64,000 nucleotides of DNA from positions 2,176,001-2,240,000 of the forward strand of contig OZ253375.1 of NCBI GenBank assembly GCA_965261005.1, read 5' to 3'. This document shows positions 31,230 to 41,308 of this stretch, in pieces. The DNA is from Deinococcus sp. GTDB lineage: Bacteria; Deinococcota; Deinococci; Deinococcales; Deinococcaceae. The notes below the pieces were generated by a model. That model worked only from the letters and a program-made list of their open reading frames with translations, searched no databases and had not been told where the DNA came from. A program made the position numbers and the translations under genes. Every line of letters begins with the position of its first letter. The stretch's first letter is position 1.

Positions 31230-32612
31230 TCACTCCGGCGCCCCTTCCCACGGCCCGCGCGCCGCCTCGAAGCCGGCCGCCAGCGAAAGCAGCTTTGCCT
31301 CCGACCACGCCGGCCCCATGAAGGTCAGGCCCAGCGGTTCTCCATCTACCGCGCCCACCGGCACGCACACGCTGGGATAGCCGGCCTTGGCGCCGACGTG
31401 GGCGGCCCGGTTGCCAGGGGTCAGCCAGGCGTCCAGCCCACGCCCGAACAAGACGTCCAGCCCCTCGTCGCGGGCGAGGCGCAAATCGCGTTCCCGCGCC
31501 CGCGTGTAGGCCGCCTCGGTCAGCTCGCCGGAGGTGGCCTCGGCGGCCAGCAGCAGCACTTGGCCGTAGGGAACGCGCCCCGGGTCGGCCTCGTTCTGGG
31601 AGATCACCTCGCGCAGGGTGGTCGGGCCGTTCTTCACGTTCGCCAGGTAGCGGTTGAGGTCCCGCTTGAACTCGTAGACCAGCACCTCCAACCCGTCCTG
31701 TTCCAACTCGCCCAGCGTGGGGAGGTCCGCGTCCACGATCTCGGCGCCGGCTTCTCGCAGCGAGTCCAGCGCCCCTTCAAAGGCGGCCTGGCGCGGCGCG
31801 CTGAGGCCGGCAACGACGGCGCGGCCCACGCCCAGCCGCGCGCCGCGCAGGGCGTCCGGCGTCATGCTTTCCAGCGGCGGGGCGTTCAGGGTCGCCGCGT
31901 TGTCCGCGTCCTCGCCGACCATTGCTGAGAGCAGCAGCCAAGCGTCGCGCGCCGTGCGGGTGATCGGCCCGGCGGTGTCCTGGCTGCTGGAAATCGGGAT
32001 GATGCCCGAGCGCGACACCCGGCCGACCGTGGGCTTGAGGCCCAGCACGCCGTTCGAGGCCGCCGGCGACAAGATCGAGCCGCTGGTCTCGGTGCCGACC
32101 GCCAGGGGGGCCAGCCGCGCCGCCACCGCCGCCCCGCTGCCCGACGAGCTGCCGCCCACGTCCAGCCCCTCGCCCCAAGGGTTCAGCACCTGTCCGCCCA
32201 GCGACGAAAAGCCGTTGGGCATGCCAAAGGTCGTGAAGTTGGCCCACTCGGTCAGGTTGGCCTTGCCCAGGATGACCGCGCCCGCCCGCCGCAGGGTCGC
32301 CACCAGCGGGGCGTCGCGCTCTGGGACGTGCCCCTCCAGGTTCCAGGCGCCCGCCGTGGTCGGCAGGCCCGCCACGTCTATGTTGTCCTTGATCAGGACC
32401 GGCACCCCGGACAGCGGCCCGCTGTGGCCGGCGCGGTCGAGCCGCCCCGCTTCTTCGAGCGCGTGCGGATTCACGGCGCGCAGGGCGTTCACCCGTTCGC
32501 CGTAGGTTTCGAGGCGCTTCAGGTAAAACGCGGTCACCTCGTGGGCGCTCAGGTCGCCGCGCCCAATGGCCCCGGCGAGGTCCGTGGCGCCGAACTGCAA
32601 CAGGTCGGTCAT
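31230..32612 (-). CDS. Amidase-signature family enzyme
   Basis: [26 protein letters not shown]. Confidence 0.93.
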   Translation of the reverse strand: MTDLLQFGATDLAGAIGRGDLSAHEVTAFYLKRLETYGERVNALRAVNPHALEEAGRLDRAGHSGPLSGVPVLIKDNIDVAGLPTTAGAWNLEGHVPERDAPLVATLRRAGAVILGKANLTEWANFTTFGMPNGFSSLGGQVLNPWGEGLDVGGSSSGSGAAVAARLAPLAVGTETSGSILSPAASNGVLGLKPTVGRVSRSGIIPISSSQDTAGPITRTARDAWLLLSAMVGEDADNAATLNAPPLESMTPDALRGARLGVGRAVVAGLSAPRQAAFEGALDSLREAGAEIVDADLPTLGELEQDGLEVLVYEFKRDLNRYLANVKNGPTTLREVISQNEADPGRVPYGQVLLLAAEATSGELTEAAYTRARERDLRLARDEGLDVLFGRGLDAWLTPGNRAAHVGAKAGYPSVCVPVGAVDGEPLGLTFMGPAWSEAKLLSLAAGFEAARGPWEGAPE

Positions 32613-32736
32613 GCCCGAGTGTAGCGGGAGGCGAGGGTTCGGCCATCACTTCACAAATCTCCACAGCTTCCTTTGATGAACGGTCACCGCCAATAAAGCT
32701 CACCCCCGCGCCGGCCCGGCTCACTAAGGTTCCTTT

Positions 32737-33684
32737 ATGAAAGCGGCGCGTCTTCACGAGTTCGGCGGTCCCGAAGTGCTCAAGGTCGAGGAGGTGGCTT
32801 GGCCCCACCCGCAGGGGGACGAGGTGCTGATCCGCGTTCACGGCAGCAGCATCAACGGGACCGACCTCGGCATTCGCAAGGGGGCCGGTCCCTTCGCGCT
32901 CACGACCCGGCGTCCTTTTATCGTCGGCTTTGACCTCGCCGGCGAGGTGGTGGGCTTGGGGCCGAAGGTGACCACCTTCGAGCACGGCGACCACGTGACC
33001 TCGTTGCTGGGCCACGGCGGCGGCGGCGCGGCCGAGTACGTGACGGTCAGCCAGGAGCGCGTGGGCCTGGCGCCCACCTCGGTGCCGCTGCCCGTGGCGT
33101 CCGCCCTGCCGCTGGCGGGCCTGACCGCGCTGCAAGCCCTGCGCGCGGGCGCCGGCGACCAGCTTAAAAAGGGCGCGCGGGTATTGGTGAACGGCGCTTC
33201 GGGCGGCATCGGCTCCTACGGGGTGCAGCTCGCCAAGCACTTCGGCTGCTTCGTGACCGGCACGGCGCGCGGCGAAAAGCTGGACTTCGTGCGCGACCTG
33301 GGCGCCGACGAGGTCATTGACTACCAAAAGACCGACTTCGTGGAGGGCGGCGATACTTGGGACATCATCTTCGACACGCCGCCCAGCCTCTCCTTTTCAC
33401 ACGTCAAGCCGGCCCTGGGCGAGGGCGGCGTGCTGGTCTCTACCCGCCCCTTTCCCACCGACCTCACCACGCTGGCCGGTTTGCTGAGCCAGCACGGCCC
33501 GCGCTTCCGGGGCGTGATGACGAGGGAGCGCGGCTCCGACCTGACCTACCTGGCGCGCTTGGTGGACGACGGCGCCATTCGCATTCCCCTGACCCGCACC
33601 TTTCCCTTGGAAGAGATCGTGGCGGCGCACCGCTACGCGGAAAGCGAGAAGGCCGTGGGCAAGGTGACGGTGTCGGTCGTTTAA
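32737..33684 (+). CDS. NAD(P)-dependent MDR-family oxidoreductase (quinone-reductase-like)
   Basis: GFDLAGEV, LAGLTALQAL, NGASGGIG, LGADEVIDY. Confidence 0.92.
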   Translation: MKAARLHEFGGPEVLKVEEVAWPHPQGDEVLIRVHGSSINGTDLGIRKGAGPFALTTRRPFIVGFDLAGEVVGLGPKVTTFEHGDHVTSLLGHGGGGAAEYVTVSQERVGLAPTSVPLPVASALPLAGLTALQALRAGAGDQLKKGARVLVNGASGGIGSYGVQLAKHFGCFVTGTARGEKLDFVRDLGADEVIDYQKTDFVEGGDTWDIIFDTPPSLSFSHVKPALGEGGVLVSTRPFPTDLTTLAGLLSQHGPRFRGVMTRERGSDLTYLARLVDDGAIRIPLTRTFPLEEIVAAHRYAESEKAVGKVTVSVV

Positions 33685-33737
33685 AGCTTGCGGCCTTTCG
33701 CCGCAATGCCGCGCGCCGGCGCGGCGTAGCGTGAGCC

Positions 33738-35522
33738 ATGAACCGTCCTACCCGGGTCCCCCGGCCGCGCGACGTGGGCCAGCTGTGGCGGCTGCTGGTC
33801 TACACCCGGCCGTACCGCACCCTGCTGGTCGTGGCCGCTGCGGCGACCTTGATTGCCAGCGCCTTTGGGCTGATCTTTCCGCGCGTGATCGGTACCTTGA
33901 TCGACGCCTCCTTTTTGCGCATCGGCACAACCGACACCGGCCCGCTCGACCGCACGGTGCTGCTGCTGCTGGGGGTCTTTTTGGCGCAGGCGCTGTTCGG
34001 CGCCGCACAGACCTACCTGCTTTCCTACGTCGGCGAGGGCGTGGTGGCCAATTTACGCCGCGAATTGTACGCCCACCTGGTCACACTCAGCCCGCGCTTT
34101 TTTGAGACCCACAAGACCGGTGACCTCACCTCGCGTCTCACCGCCGACGTGGCGACGGTGCAGGGGGCCGTCAGCAGCGCCCTCGCGCAGCTGTTCAGCC
34201 AGAGCCTCACCTTGGTGGGCGCGCTGGTCATCCTGCTCGCCACCAACTGGCGCCTGAGCTTGCTGATGCTCTCCATCGTGCCCGTCGTGGTGCTGGCGGC
34301 GGTCTACTTCGGGCGCCAACTGCGGCGCGTCTCGCGCGCTTACCAAGACCGGGTGGCGGCGGCGAACGGCAGCGCCGACGAGGCCATCGGCAACATCCGG
34401 GTGGTGCAGTCCTTTACGGCCGAGCCTTGGGAGGCGCGGCGCTACGCGGACCTGATCCGGGAATCGTTCGCGGTGGCCCTCAAAAGGGCGCGGGTGCGCG
34501 CCGCCTTTGTGCCCGGCGTGACCTTCGCGATGTTCGGCGCCATCGGCGCGGTGCTGTGGTACGGCGGGCGGCTGGTCATCGCGGGCACCATCACGCCGGG
34601 GGCGCTGGTGTCGTTTTTGTTTTACACCCTGCTGGTGGCGGCCTCCATCGGGGCCTTTACCGGGCTGCTCAGCCAGTTTCAGGAGGCGCTGGGCGCTTCC
34701 TCGCGCATCTTCGAGCTGCTCGACGAGGGGAGCGATCTGCCCGGGCCGGCGAACCCGGCGCCCTTGGGCGAGGTGGTGGGCCGGGTCAGCTTCGAGGGGG
34801 TCGGCTTTGCCTACGGGGACCGGGGGGAGGGCGAGGTGCTCTCGGGCATCAACCTCGACGTCGCGCCCGGCGAGGTGGTCGCCCTGGTCGGGCCGAGCGG
34901 CGCGGGCAAGAGCACCTTGGTCTCGCTGATCCCGCGCTTCTACGACGTCACCTCTGGCGCCCTCAAGCTCGACGGGCGCGACGTGCGCGACCTCGATTTG
35001 CGCGAGTTGCGGGGGCACGTCGGCATCGTGCCGCAGGAGACCCAGCTCTTTTCGGGCAGCTTGCGCGAGAACATCCGCTACGGTCGCCCGGAGGCCAGCG
35101 ACGCCGAAATCGAGGCCGCCGCCCGCGCCGGGGGCGCGCACGGCTTCATCAGCGCCTTTCCGGGCGGCTACGACACCCCGGTCGGCGAGCGCGGCGTCAA
35201 GCTGTCGGGCGGTCAGCGCCAGCGCGTCGCCATCGCCCGCGCCCTCTTAAAGAACCCGCGCGTGCTGATTCTGGACGAGGCTACCAGCGCCCTCGACTCA
35301 GAGAGCGAGTCCTTGGTGCAGGGGGCACTGGAGCGTCTGATGGTGGGCCGCACGACCCTGGTGATCGCCCACCGCCTGAGCACGGTCAGAAACGCCGGCC
35401 GTATCGTGGTGCTGGACGCCGGGCGCGTTTTGGAGACCGGCACCCACGCCGAGCTGCTGGCGCGCGGCGGGCTGTACCGCGACCTCTACGACCTTCAGTT
35501 CCGCGAGGGGGTGGCGAGTTGA
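33738..35522 (+). CDS. ABC exporter, MsbA-like fused permease/ATPase
   Basis: TM domain plus GPSGAGKST, LSGGQRQR, DEATSALD. Confidence 0.95.
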   Translation: MNRPTRVPRPRDVGQLWRLLVYTRPYRTLLVVAAAATLIASAFGLIFPRVIGTLIDASFLRIGTTDTGPLDRTVLLLLGVFLAQALFGAAQTYLLSYVGEGVVANLRRELYAHLVTLSPRFFETHKTGDLTSRLTADVATVQGAVSSALAQLFSQSLTLVGALVILLATNWRLSLLMLSIVPVVVLAAVYFGRQLRRVSRAYQDRVAAANGSADEAIGNIRVVQSFTAEPWEARRYADLIRESFAVALKRARVRAAFVPGVTFAMFGAIGAVLWYGGRLVIAGTITPGALVSFLFYTLLVAASIGAFTGLLSQFQEALGASSRIFELLDEGSDLPGPANPAPLGEVVGRVSFEGVGFAYGDRGEGEVLSGINLDVAPGEVVALVGPSGAGKSTLVSLIPRFYDVTSGALKLDGRDVRDLDLRELRGHVGIVPQETQLFSGSLRENIRYGRPEASDAEIEAAARAGGAHGFISAFPGGYDTPVGERGVKLSGGQRQRVAIARALLKNPRVLILDEATSALDSESESLVQGALERLMVGRTTLVIAHRLSTVRNAGRIVVLDAGRVLETGTHAELLARGGLYRDLYDLQFREGVAS

Positions 35523-35936
35523 TCAGCTTTTCCGAATCAGCCTCACCTCAAAGGGCAGGTCGGGCACCCGCGCCCACTTGCGCTCCGCCGTCAGAACGTC
35601 GGCGCCCAGCCGCTCCGCCGTTCCCAAACACAGGCAGTCGCCCAAGCTCAGGTCGTAGGGGGTTCTACGGGCGTAGTAAAAGCTGGCCGCTCCTTGTGCC
35701 GCCACCTCAAAGGGCACCACGCCCATCACTTGATTCAGCAGCGCGAATTCCCGCCGCACCTGCAAGGCGGTGAACTCGCCCCGGCTGACCAGCTTGCCCT
35801 CGACCTCGACCAGCTGAGCGGCGCCAATCAGGCAGTCGGACGCGCGCAGCGCCCCCTGCACCTCCTCCCAGCCGGCCTCGCGCCGCAGCAAGGCCATCAA
35901 CGCGCTGGCGTCGAGCAACAGCGGCTTGTCACTCAC
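35523..35936 (-). CDS. vapC: PIN-domain VapC-family toxin
   Basis: LLDASALMALL, EV, LSLGDCLCL, VLTAER; overlaps the antitoxin stop. Confidence 0.9.
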   Translation of the reverse strand: MSDKPLLLDASALMALLRREAGWEEVQGALRASDCLIGAAQLVEVEGKLVSRGEFTALQVRREFALLNQVMGVVPFEVAAQGAASFYYARRTPYDLSLGDCLCLGTAERLGADVLTAERKWARVPDLPFEVRLIRKS

Positions 35937-36231
35937 CTGCGTCTTGCTCACGCGCCGCCTCGGCATGGCGGTCGGCGATCAATTCTTGGGTCAGGTCCAA
36001 ACCGTCGTCCCTCGCGAACGCGCCCGTGAGCTGGTCAATCAGGGCTTGCTTGGTCGTCAACACGACGCCCTCCGACGTCTCAAGGTAAAGGATGGTGTCT
36101 CCCTCCTCCACGCCGAGTGCTTGACGAATCGCTTGGGGTACAATTGTGCGCCCCTTGACACCAATATTGGAAGAGTGAGTTTGAGTTCTGTAGGTTTTCA
36201 CTTTTGAAAATGGTGTATCCTTCTCGGTCAT
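35929..36231 (-). CDS. AbrB/MazE/SpoVT-family antitoxin
   Basis: KGRTIVPQAIRQALGVEEGD; directly upstream of the PIN toxin. Confidence 0.88.
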   Translation of the reverse strand: MTEKDTPFSKVKTYRTQTHSSNIGVKGRTIVPQAIRQALGVEEGDTILYLETSEGVVLTTKQALIDQLTGAFARDDGLDLTQELIADRHAEAAREQDAGE

Positions 36232-36279
36232 GGTGCCATATTAACGCGGAAGTCTCAGATGAGCCTCGACGTGGTGAAT

Positions 36280-36906
36280 CTACGCGCTCGGCTTGCCCGG
36301 CGACACCCACGGGTTGCCCGCGATCAGGAAGCGCCACGGCAATTCGCGCCCCACGCTCAGGCCGACGCGCGCCGTGACCGTCACCTCCGCTTCCGGCAGC
36401 GGCTCGCCCGCCGCGAAGAAGAACGTCGGGCCGTCCACGGGCTGACCCTCCAACTGCGCCCCCAATCCCAGCGCCGTTACCAGCTTGGCCGGGCCGTTCA
36501 TCAGGTCGCGCTCGCGCCTCACGGGGCGCCGCCCCAACATCCAGTCCAGGCCGAACAGCGGCTCGGCCGCCCGAATCAGGATGGTGGCCTCAACGCCGGC
36601 GGGCCGGCACACGACGTTCAGCAGGCGGTGTTCGTAGCTGCGGTGAAAGTACAGCCGCCCCGCCGGCCCCGCGAGCGCCTGCTTAGCGCCGGGCAGCTTT
36701 TCGATCACGTGGCAGCTCGGGTCGCGCGGGCAGTCGTATGCCTCGCTCTCCACGATGCGGGCGGCGGCGACCGTCTCGAAGCCGCCCGGCACGGCTTCGC
36801 GGCGCACCAGCAGGCAGCCCAGCAGCTCGCGGGCCACCCGCACGGGGTCGCGTTCAAAGAAGGTGGGGGAGAGGGCGGCGGCGTGTTCGGGCAGGTGATC
36901 CATCAC
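36280..36906 (-). CDS. mpg: DNA-3-methyladenine glycosylase (AAG/MPG family)
   Basis: VARELLG, IVESEAY, LIRAAEP, NGPAKL, RVGLS, WRF. Confidence 0.93.
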   Translation of the reverse strand: MMDHLPEHAAALSPTFFERDPVRVARELLGCLLVRREAVPGGFETVAAARIVESEAYDCPRDPSCHVIEKLPGAKQALAGPAGRLYFHRSYEHRLLNVVCRPAGVEATILIRAAEPLFGLDWMLGRRPVRRERDLMNGPAKLVTALGLGAQLEGQPVDGPTFFFAAGEPLPEAEVTVTARVGLSVGRELPWRFLIAGNPWVSPGKPSA

Positions 36907-36939
36907 GGCTTGTATCTTTCCACGGGCTAGACTGGCCGG

Positions 36940-37653
36940 ATGTTGCTGTATGGCCGAAATCCTGTTTTAGAAGCCTTGCAAGGCGGCCGGGTGAGCGAAC
37001 TCTTGGTGGCGAACGGCGTCGAGAAGAGCTTTCTGGGTGAGCTGAAAGCCTTTGACGTGCGCCTGCGCTTCGCCCCCCGCATCGAACTCGACCAACTCGC
37101 CGGCACCACCGCCCACCAAGGCGTGATCGCCGAGGTGGAGGACCTGGCCTGGGCCAGCGTGGACGACATTCTCGACCGCGCCGAGGCGAGAAACGAGCAA
37201 CTCTTGATGGTGCTGCTCGACGGCGTGACCGACCCGCGCAACTTCGGGGCCATCGTCCGCAGCGCCGAGGTGCTGGGCGCCCACGGCGTGGTGGTCGAGG
37301 AGCGCCGTAGCGCCCCGCTGTCCGCCACGGTCGCCAAGGCGGCGGCGGGGGCGACCAGCTTTCTGCCGGTGGCGCAGGTCAAGAACCTGCCGCGCCTGAT
37401 GGACGCCCTCAAGGAGGACGGCGTGTGGGTCTACGGCGCGGCGGGCGAGGCGGCGCGCGACCTCGCCCAGCTCGACTACGACCGCAAGTTGGCCCTGGTG
37501 ATCGGTTCGGAGGGCGAGGGCCTGCGGCGCTTGGTGCGCGAGAAGTGCGACGAGCTGGTGAGCGTCCCGGTGAAGGGCCAGGTCAAGAGCCTCAACGCCT
37601 CGGTGGCGGCGGGCATCCTGATCTACCACGCGCTGGCGAGCCGCTCAGCTTGA
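36940..37653 (+). CDS. rlmB: 23S rRNA (G2251-2'-O)-methyltransferase
   Basis: YGRNPVLEAL, HQGV, DPRNFGAIVRSA, GSEGEG, SLNASVA. Confidence 0.93.
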   Translation: MLLYGRNPVLEALQGGRVSELLVANGVEKSFLGELKAFDVRLRFAPRIELDQLAGTTAHQGVIAEVEDLAWASVDDILDRAEARNEQLLMVLLDGVTDPRNFGAIVRSAEVLGAHGVVVEERRSAPLSATVAKAAAGATSFLPVAQVKNLPRLMDALKEDGVWVYGAAGEAARDLAQLDYDRKLALVIGSEGEGLRRLVREKCDELVSVPVKGQVKSLNASVAAGILIYHALASRSA

Positions 37654-37680
37654 CCTAAGTTAGCTTATCTGATAATTTAG
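37650..37680 (+). promoter_or_regulatory. Promoter/operator of the toxin-HTH pair
   Basis: TTGACC -35, AT-rich -10 region, palindrome TTATC-T-GATAA and IR CTAAGTTA...TAATTTAG just before the GTG start. Confidence 0.55.
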
Positions 37681-37684
37681 TGCC

Positions 37685-38146
37685 GTGCCGAACGGTTTTG
37701 ACTTCTTAACCTCCGAGGTGCTGGAGTGGGAGATTCAAGCAGTTTGGGACGCGATTGACCAGAACCGTCTCGTCTTTACAGATCACGCCGACAACGAGGC
37801 CTACCTTGATGGGCTATTGCCGGAGGACCTTCTCGACGCCATCGCCCTGTATGACGAGGTCACCAAGGATTTGCCCGGCAACGTGCTCCGCCGCGCCGCC
37901 GGCCTCAACTTTGACCGGCGCTTGGGGCGGCGCACGCTTCGCGTCAAGGTTGGCTGGCGCGGTGGCTACATCGTTATCACTGCCATGTTGCTTCAAAAAG
38001 GGAGAGTGCCGTGGAAGAACACCTTAGAACGCATGTCAAGCCCCTTAGAAACGGGGGAAAGCTCACGGTCGAGAACGTGCCCACGTTGCTCGACCCTGGG
38101 GAACCGGACTTTCGGGCGTTCACGTTGGACACCGCTCGCCGCCTGA
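37685..38146 (+). CDS. DUF4258/RelE-like putative toxin with a probable read-through tail
   Basis: FTDHA...LRVKVG...IVITA pattern; ORF overlaps the next gene by 136 bp. Confidence 0.6.
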   Translation: MPNGFDFLTSEVLEWEIQAVWDAIDQNRLVFTDHADNEAYLDGLLPEDLLDAIALYDEVTKDLPGNVLRRAAGLNFDRRLGRRTLRVKVGWRGGYIVITAMLLQKGRVPWKNTLERMSSPLETGESSRSRTCPRCSTLGNRTFGRSRWTPLAA

Positions 38147-38520
38147 ATCACCTGGCCGGTCACCTCGACGACACTCGACCCGGCGAGAACGTCAGGGTAC
38201 GCTATGACCAGCTCCTTCACGACGCCATTCAAAGTGACCTAGCCGCCGCTGGCCGTGTGGAACTGGAGTACGTGCCGCTGCCACCACAGCCGCAGCTCGG
38301 GCCGGACCCGGTGAGCTTGGAGTTGCGCCGCGCCACGCAGGAGCGGCGGCTCAGCGGGCGCGAGCTGGCCGCGCGCCTGAACGTCAAGCCCCCGGTGGTG
38401 TCGCGCTGGCTCAGCCCCAACTACCACGGGCACAGCATGGACGCCCTGCGCCGCTTGGCCGAGGCGCTCGACATGGAGCTTGAGGTGAAGTTGAAGCCGA
38501 GGGAGGAGCGGCCGGTGTAA
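38011..38520 (+). CDS. XRE-HTH putative antitoxin
   Basis: LSGRELAARLNVKPPVVSRWLSPNYHGHSMDALRRLAEAL; GGGAG SD. Confidence 0.8.
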   Translation: MEEHLRTHVKPLRNGGKLTVENVPTLLDPGEPDFRAFTLDTARRLNHLAGHLDDTRPGENVRVRYDQLLHDAIQSDLAAAGRVELEYVPLPPQPQLGPDPVSLELRRATQERRLSGRELAARLNVKPPVVSRWLSPNYHGHSMDALRRLAEALDMELEVKLKPREERPV

Positions 38521-38618
38521 GCCGGCCTGGCTTGACCGCGCGAGAACATAAACCCCAGATGAAATCGTTCGTGAGTCGCCCACTCGCTCACTTCGCCTCC
38601 CCCTCGTAAGGTGGTTTT

Positions 38619-39383
38619 ATGGAGTACTTCGGCTGGGTCTCAAACCCGGAAATCTGGCTCTCCCTGGTCACGCTGACGGTGTTGGAGATCGTGTTGGGCA
38701 TTGACAACATCATCTTCATCTCGATTTTGGCGGGCAAGCTGGCCGCCCACCAGCAGGCGCGTGCCCGCACGCTGGGCCTCGCGCTGGCGATGGTCACGCG
38801 TATTCTGCTGCTGTTCTCGCTGTCGTGGGTGATTCGCCTGACGGCGCCACTGTTCGTCGTGTTCGGCCAGGAAATCTCGGGGCGCGACCTGATTCTGCTG
38901 GGCGGCGGTTTGTTTTTGCTGTACAAGGCGACCCGCGAGATTCACGAGAAGCTGGAGGGTGAGGACCATGCCGAGGTGGCGCGCACCCCGCCGAGCTTCA
39001 ACGCCGTGATCGGCCAGATTCTGCTGCTGGATATGGTCTTTTCGCTGGACAGCGTGATCACGGCGGTGGGCCTGGTGGACGAACTGGCCGTGATGGTCGC
39101 CGCCGTCGTGATCTCGGTGCTGATCATGCTGGTTTCCGCCGGCCCCATCAGCGCCTTTGTCAACCGCCACCCCACCGTCAAGATGCTGGCCCTGAGTTTC
39201 CTGCTGCTGATCGGCATGACCTTGGTCGCCGAGGGCCTGGACTTCCACGTGCCCAAGGGCTACATCTACTTCGCGATGGGCTTCGCGGTCTTGGTGGAGC
39301 TGCTCAACATGCGCGGCCGGCGCGGTCAGCCGGTGCAGCTCAACGAGCCGCGCGCAACGGGCGAGCGCACCCAAATCGAATAG
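38619..39383 (+). CDS. TerC-family membrane protein
   Basis: LEIVLGIDN, DMVFSLDSVITAVG, PKGYIYFAM. Confidence 0.95.
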   Translation: MEYFGWVSNPEIWLSLVTLTVLEIVLGIDNIIFISILAGKLAAHQQARARTLGLALAMVTRILLLFSLSWVIRLTAPLFVVFGQEISGRDLILLGGGLFLLYKATREIHEKLEGEDHAEVARTPPSFNAVIGQILLLDMVFSLDSVITAVGLVDELAVMVAAVVISVLIMLVSAGPISAFVNRHPTVKMLALSFLLLIGMTLVAEGLDFHVPKGYIYFAMGFAVLVELLNMRGRRGQPVQLNEPRATGERTQIE

Positions 39384-39404
39384 CAGGCCGAATAGACTGA
39401 GGGC

Positions 39405-40292
39405 GTGAGCGCTCAAACGGAAACGGCGTCGCGCGGCGGTCACGCCCCGCTGGTGTGGCTATCCCTGCTGGCGGTATACCTTGTGTGGGGCAGCACCTAT
39501 TACGGCATCAAGGTGGCCATCGGCTCGCTGCCGCCGCTGGGCATGCTGGGCGTGCGCTTCTTCGTGGCCGGGGCGCTGCTGTACGGCGCGCTGCGCCTGC
39601 GCGGGGTGGCGCCCCCGACAAAGGTACAGTGGCGGGCGAGCGCCTTTGTGGGCGTGCTGCTGCTGTTCGGCGGCACCGGCCTGGTTACCCTGGCCGAGCG
39701 CAGCGTCAGTTCAAGCGTGGCGGCCATGGTGATCGCGGTATCGCCGCTGTTCGCCTCGCTGTTCGCGCGCTTGTGGGGCGAGCGAACCGGCGGGCGCGAG
39801 TGGTTGGGCATCGGGGTGGGGCTGCTCGGCATCGCGCTGCTTAACCTGGGCGATCTGCGCGCCACGCCGCTGGGCGCCCTGCTGCTGATCCTGGCGCCGC
39901 TGAGCTGGTCTTTCGGCAGCATCTGGAGCAAGCACCTCGCGCTGCCAACGGGCCTGATGGGATCGGCGGCGGAAATGCTCGCCGGCGGCGCCTTTTTGCT
40001 GCTGCTCAGCGCGGTCTTGCGCGAGCCGTGGCATGTGCCGAGCGCCGCGAGTGCCTGGGCGCTGGCGTACCTGATCGTCTTCGGCTCGCTGCTGGCCTAC
40101 AGCGCCTACGTGTACCTGCTGGCGAACGTGCGGCCCGCGCTGGCGACCAGCTACGCCTACGTGAACCCGGTGGTCGCGGTCGCGCTGGGGGTGGGCCTGG
40201 GCGGCGAACACCTTTCGCCCCTCGGCTGGCTTGCCCTGGGCGTGATTCTGGCGGGCGTGGCGCTCGTCGCTTGGCCGAGCAGGGCACACTAG
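39405..40292 (+). CDS. yedA: DMT/EamA exporter, YedA-like
   Basis: VYLVWGSTY, ATSYAYVNPVVAV; about 10 TM segments. Confidence 0.85.
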   Translation: MSAQTETASRGGHAPLVWLSLLAVYLVWGSTYYGIKVAIGSLPPLGMLGVRFFVAGALLYGALRLRGVAPPTKVQWRASAFVGVLLLFGGTGLVTLAERSVSSSVAAMVIAVSPLFASLFARLWGERTGGREWLGIGVGLLGIALLNLGDLRATPLGALLLILAPLSWSFGSIWSKHLALPTGLMGSAAEMLAGGAFLLLLSAVLREPWHVPSAASAWALAYLIVFGSLLAYSAYVYLLANVRPALATSYAYVNPVVAVALGVGLGGEHLSPLGWLALGVILAGVALVAWPSRAH

Positions 40293-40392
40293 CCGGCCCC
40301 AAACCCGCGTGCTACACTCTCAAAGCTGCCCATTTCTTGGGCCGAGTTGACTTGTCCCGGCCTCGTGCCGGCGGACCCCCGAGGAGAGAACC

Positions 40393-40539
40393 ATGAAACG
40401 CACCTACCAACCCAACACCCGCAAGCGCGCCAAGACCCACGGCTTTCGCGCCCGCATGGCGACCAAGGCCGGCCGCCGCGTGCTGGCCCGCCGCCGCGCC
40501 AAGGGCCGCACCCAGCTCTCGGTCTCCGACGAGCGCTAA
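40393..40539 (+). CDS. rpmH: 50S ribosomal protein L34
   Basis: [39 protein letters not shown] (manual translation); GAGGAG SD. Confidence 0.98.
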   Translation: MKRTYQPNTRKRAKTHGFRARMATKAGRRVLARRRAKGRTQLSVSDER

Positions 40540-40590
40540 ATTTTTTGATGGGGGGCGGCGGGCGTGTCCCGCCGCCCCTTTCTTAGGCCC

Positions 40591-40971
40591 ATGACCCAAG
40601 ACCCTCCCAAGCAAAAGCCGCGCAAGCGCAGCGGCGGCCTCGCCTCCCTCACCGGGGACCGCGAGTTTCGGCAGGTACGTAAAGGGAAGACCGTGCGCAC
40701 GCCGCTGTTCACCCTGCGCGCCCTGCACTACCGCCCGAGGCACAAGGAGCCGTACCGGCCCATGACGCTGGTGGGCATCGTGGTCGCCAAGAAGACCCTC
40801 AAGAGCGCCGTGGACCGCAACCGGGTCCGGCGCCGGGTGCGCGAGGCGCTCCGCACGCTGGACTTGCCGCCGTGCCGCGCCGTGTTGCTGCCCACGCCGG
40901 GGGTGCTGCGCGTTCCCTTTGCAGAACTGCGCGACCAATTGGCGCGCGCCTTTGATAAGGCGGCGCCGTGA
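40591..40971 (+). CDS. rnpA: Ribonuclease P protein component
   Basis: GIVVAKK...[14 protein letters not shown]; follows rpmH. Confidence 0.93.
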   Translation: MTQDPPKQKPRKRSGGLASLTGDREFRQVRKGKTVRTPLFTLRALHYRPRHKEPYRPMTLVGIVVAKKTLKSAVDRNRVRRRVREALRTLDLPPCRAVLLPTPGVLRVPFAELRDQLARAFDKAAP

Positions 40972-41038
40972 CAACCGTTCCCAGACAACCGTGATCGGGG
41001 CTGGAACTTCACACTTCCTGAAGCCGTAGACTAATCGG

Positions 41039-41308
41039 GTGTGCCCGCCCCAAGCCGAGTCCGTCAGCCCGCCGGTTCGCGCGCTGCTGGCCGGGATTCG
41101 TTTTTACCAGAGCGTGCTGTCCCCGCTCAAGGGCGGCGGCACCTGCCGCTTTTCCCCCACCTGCTCGCAGTACGCCGCCGAGGCCATCCAGACGCACGGC
41201 GCCTGGCGCGGCACTGGTCTGGCCGTGAGGCGCATTTCACGCTGCCACCCCCTGCATCCCGGCGGTTACGACCCGGTCCCGCCCCCTCACCTCAAGGAAC
41301 ACGCATGA
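41039..41308 (+). CDS. yidD: Membrane protein insertion efficiency factor
   Basis: YQ...SP...[11 protein letters not shown]...RISRCHP...GGYDPVP. Confidence 0.95.
   Translation: MCPPQAESVSPPVRALLAGIRFYQSVLSPLKGGGTCRFSPTCSQYAAEAIQTHGAWRGTGLAVRRISRCHPLHPGGYDPVPPPHLKEHA

Noticed and set aside
38521..38618. yybP-ykoY (Mn) riboswitch before the TerC gene
   Set aside because: Only a weak hairpin; consensus motifs not recognisable by eye, and an Rfam scan would be needed
40293..40392. oriC near rpmH
   Set aside because: No dnaA and no DnaA-box cluster
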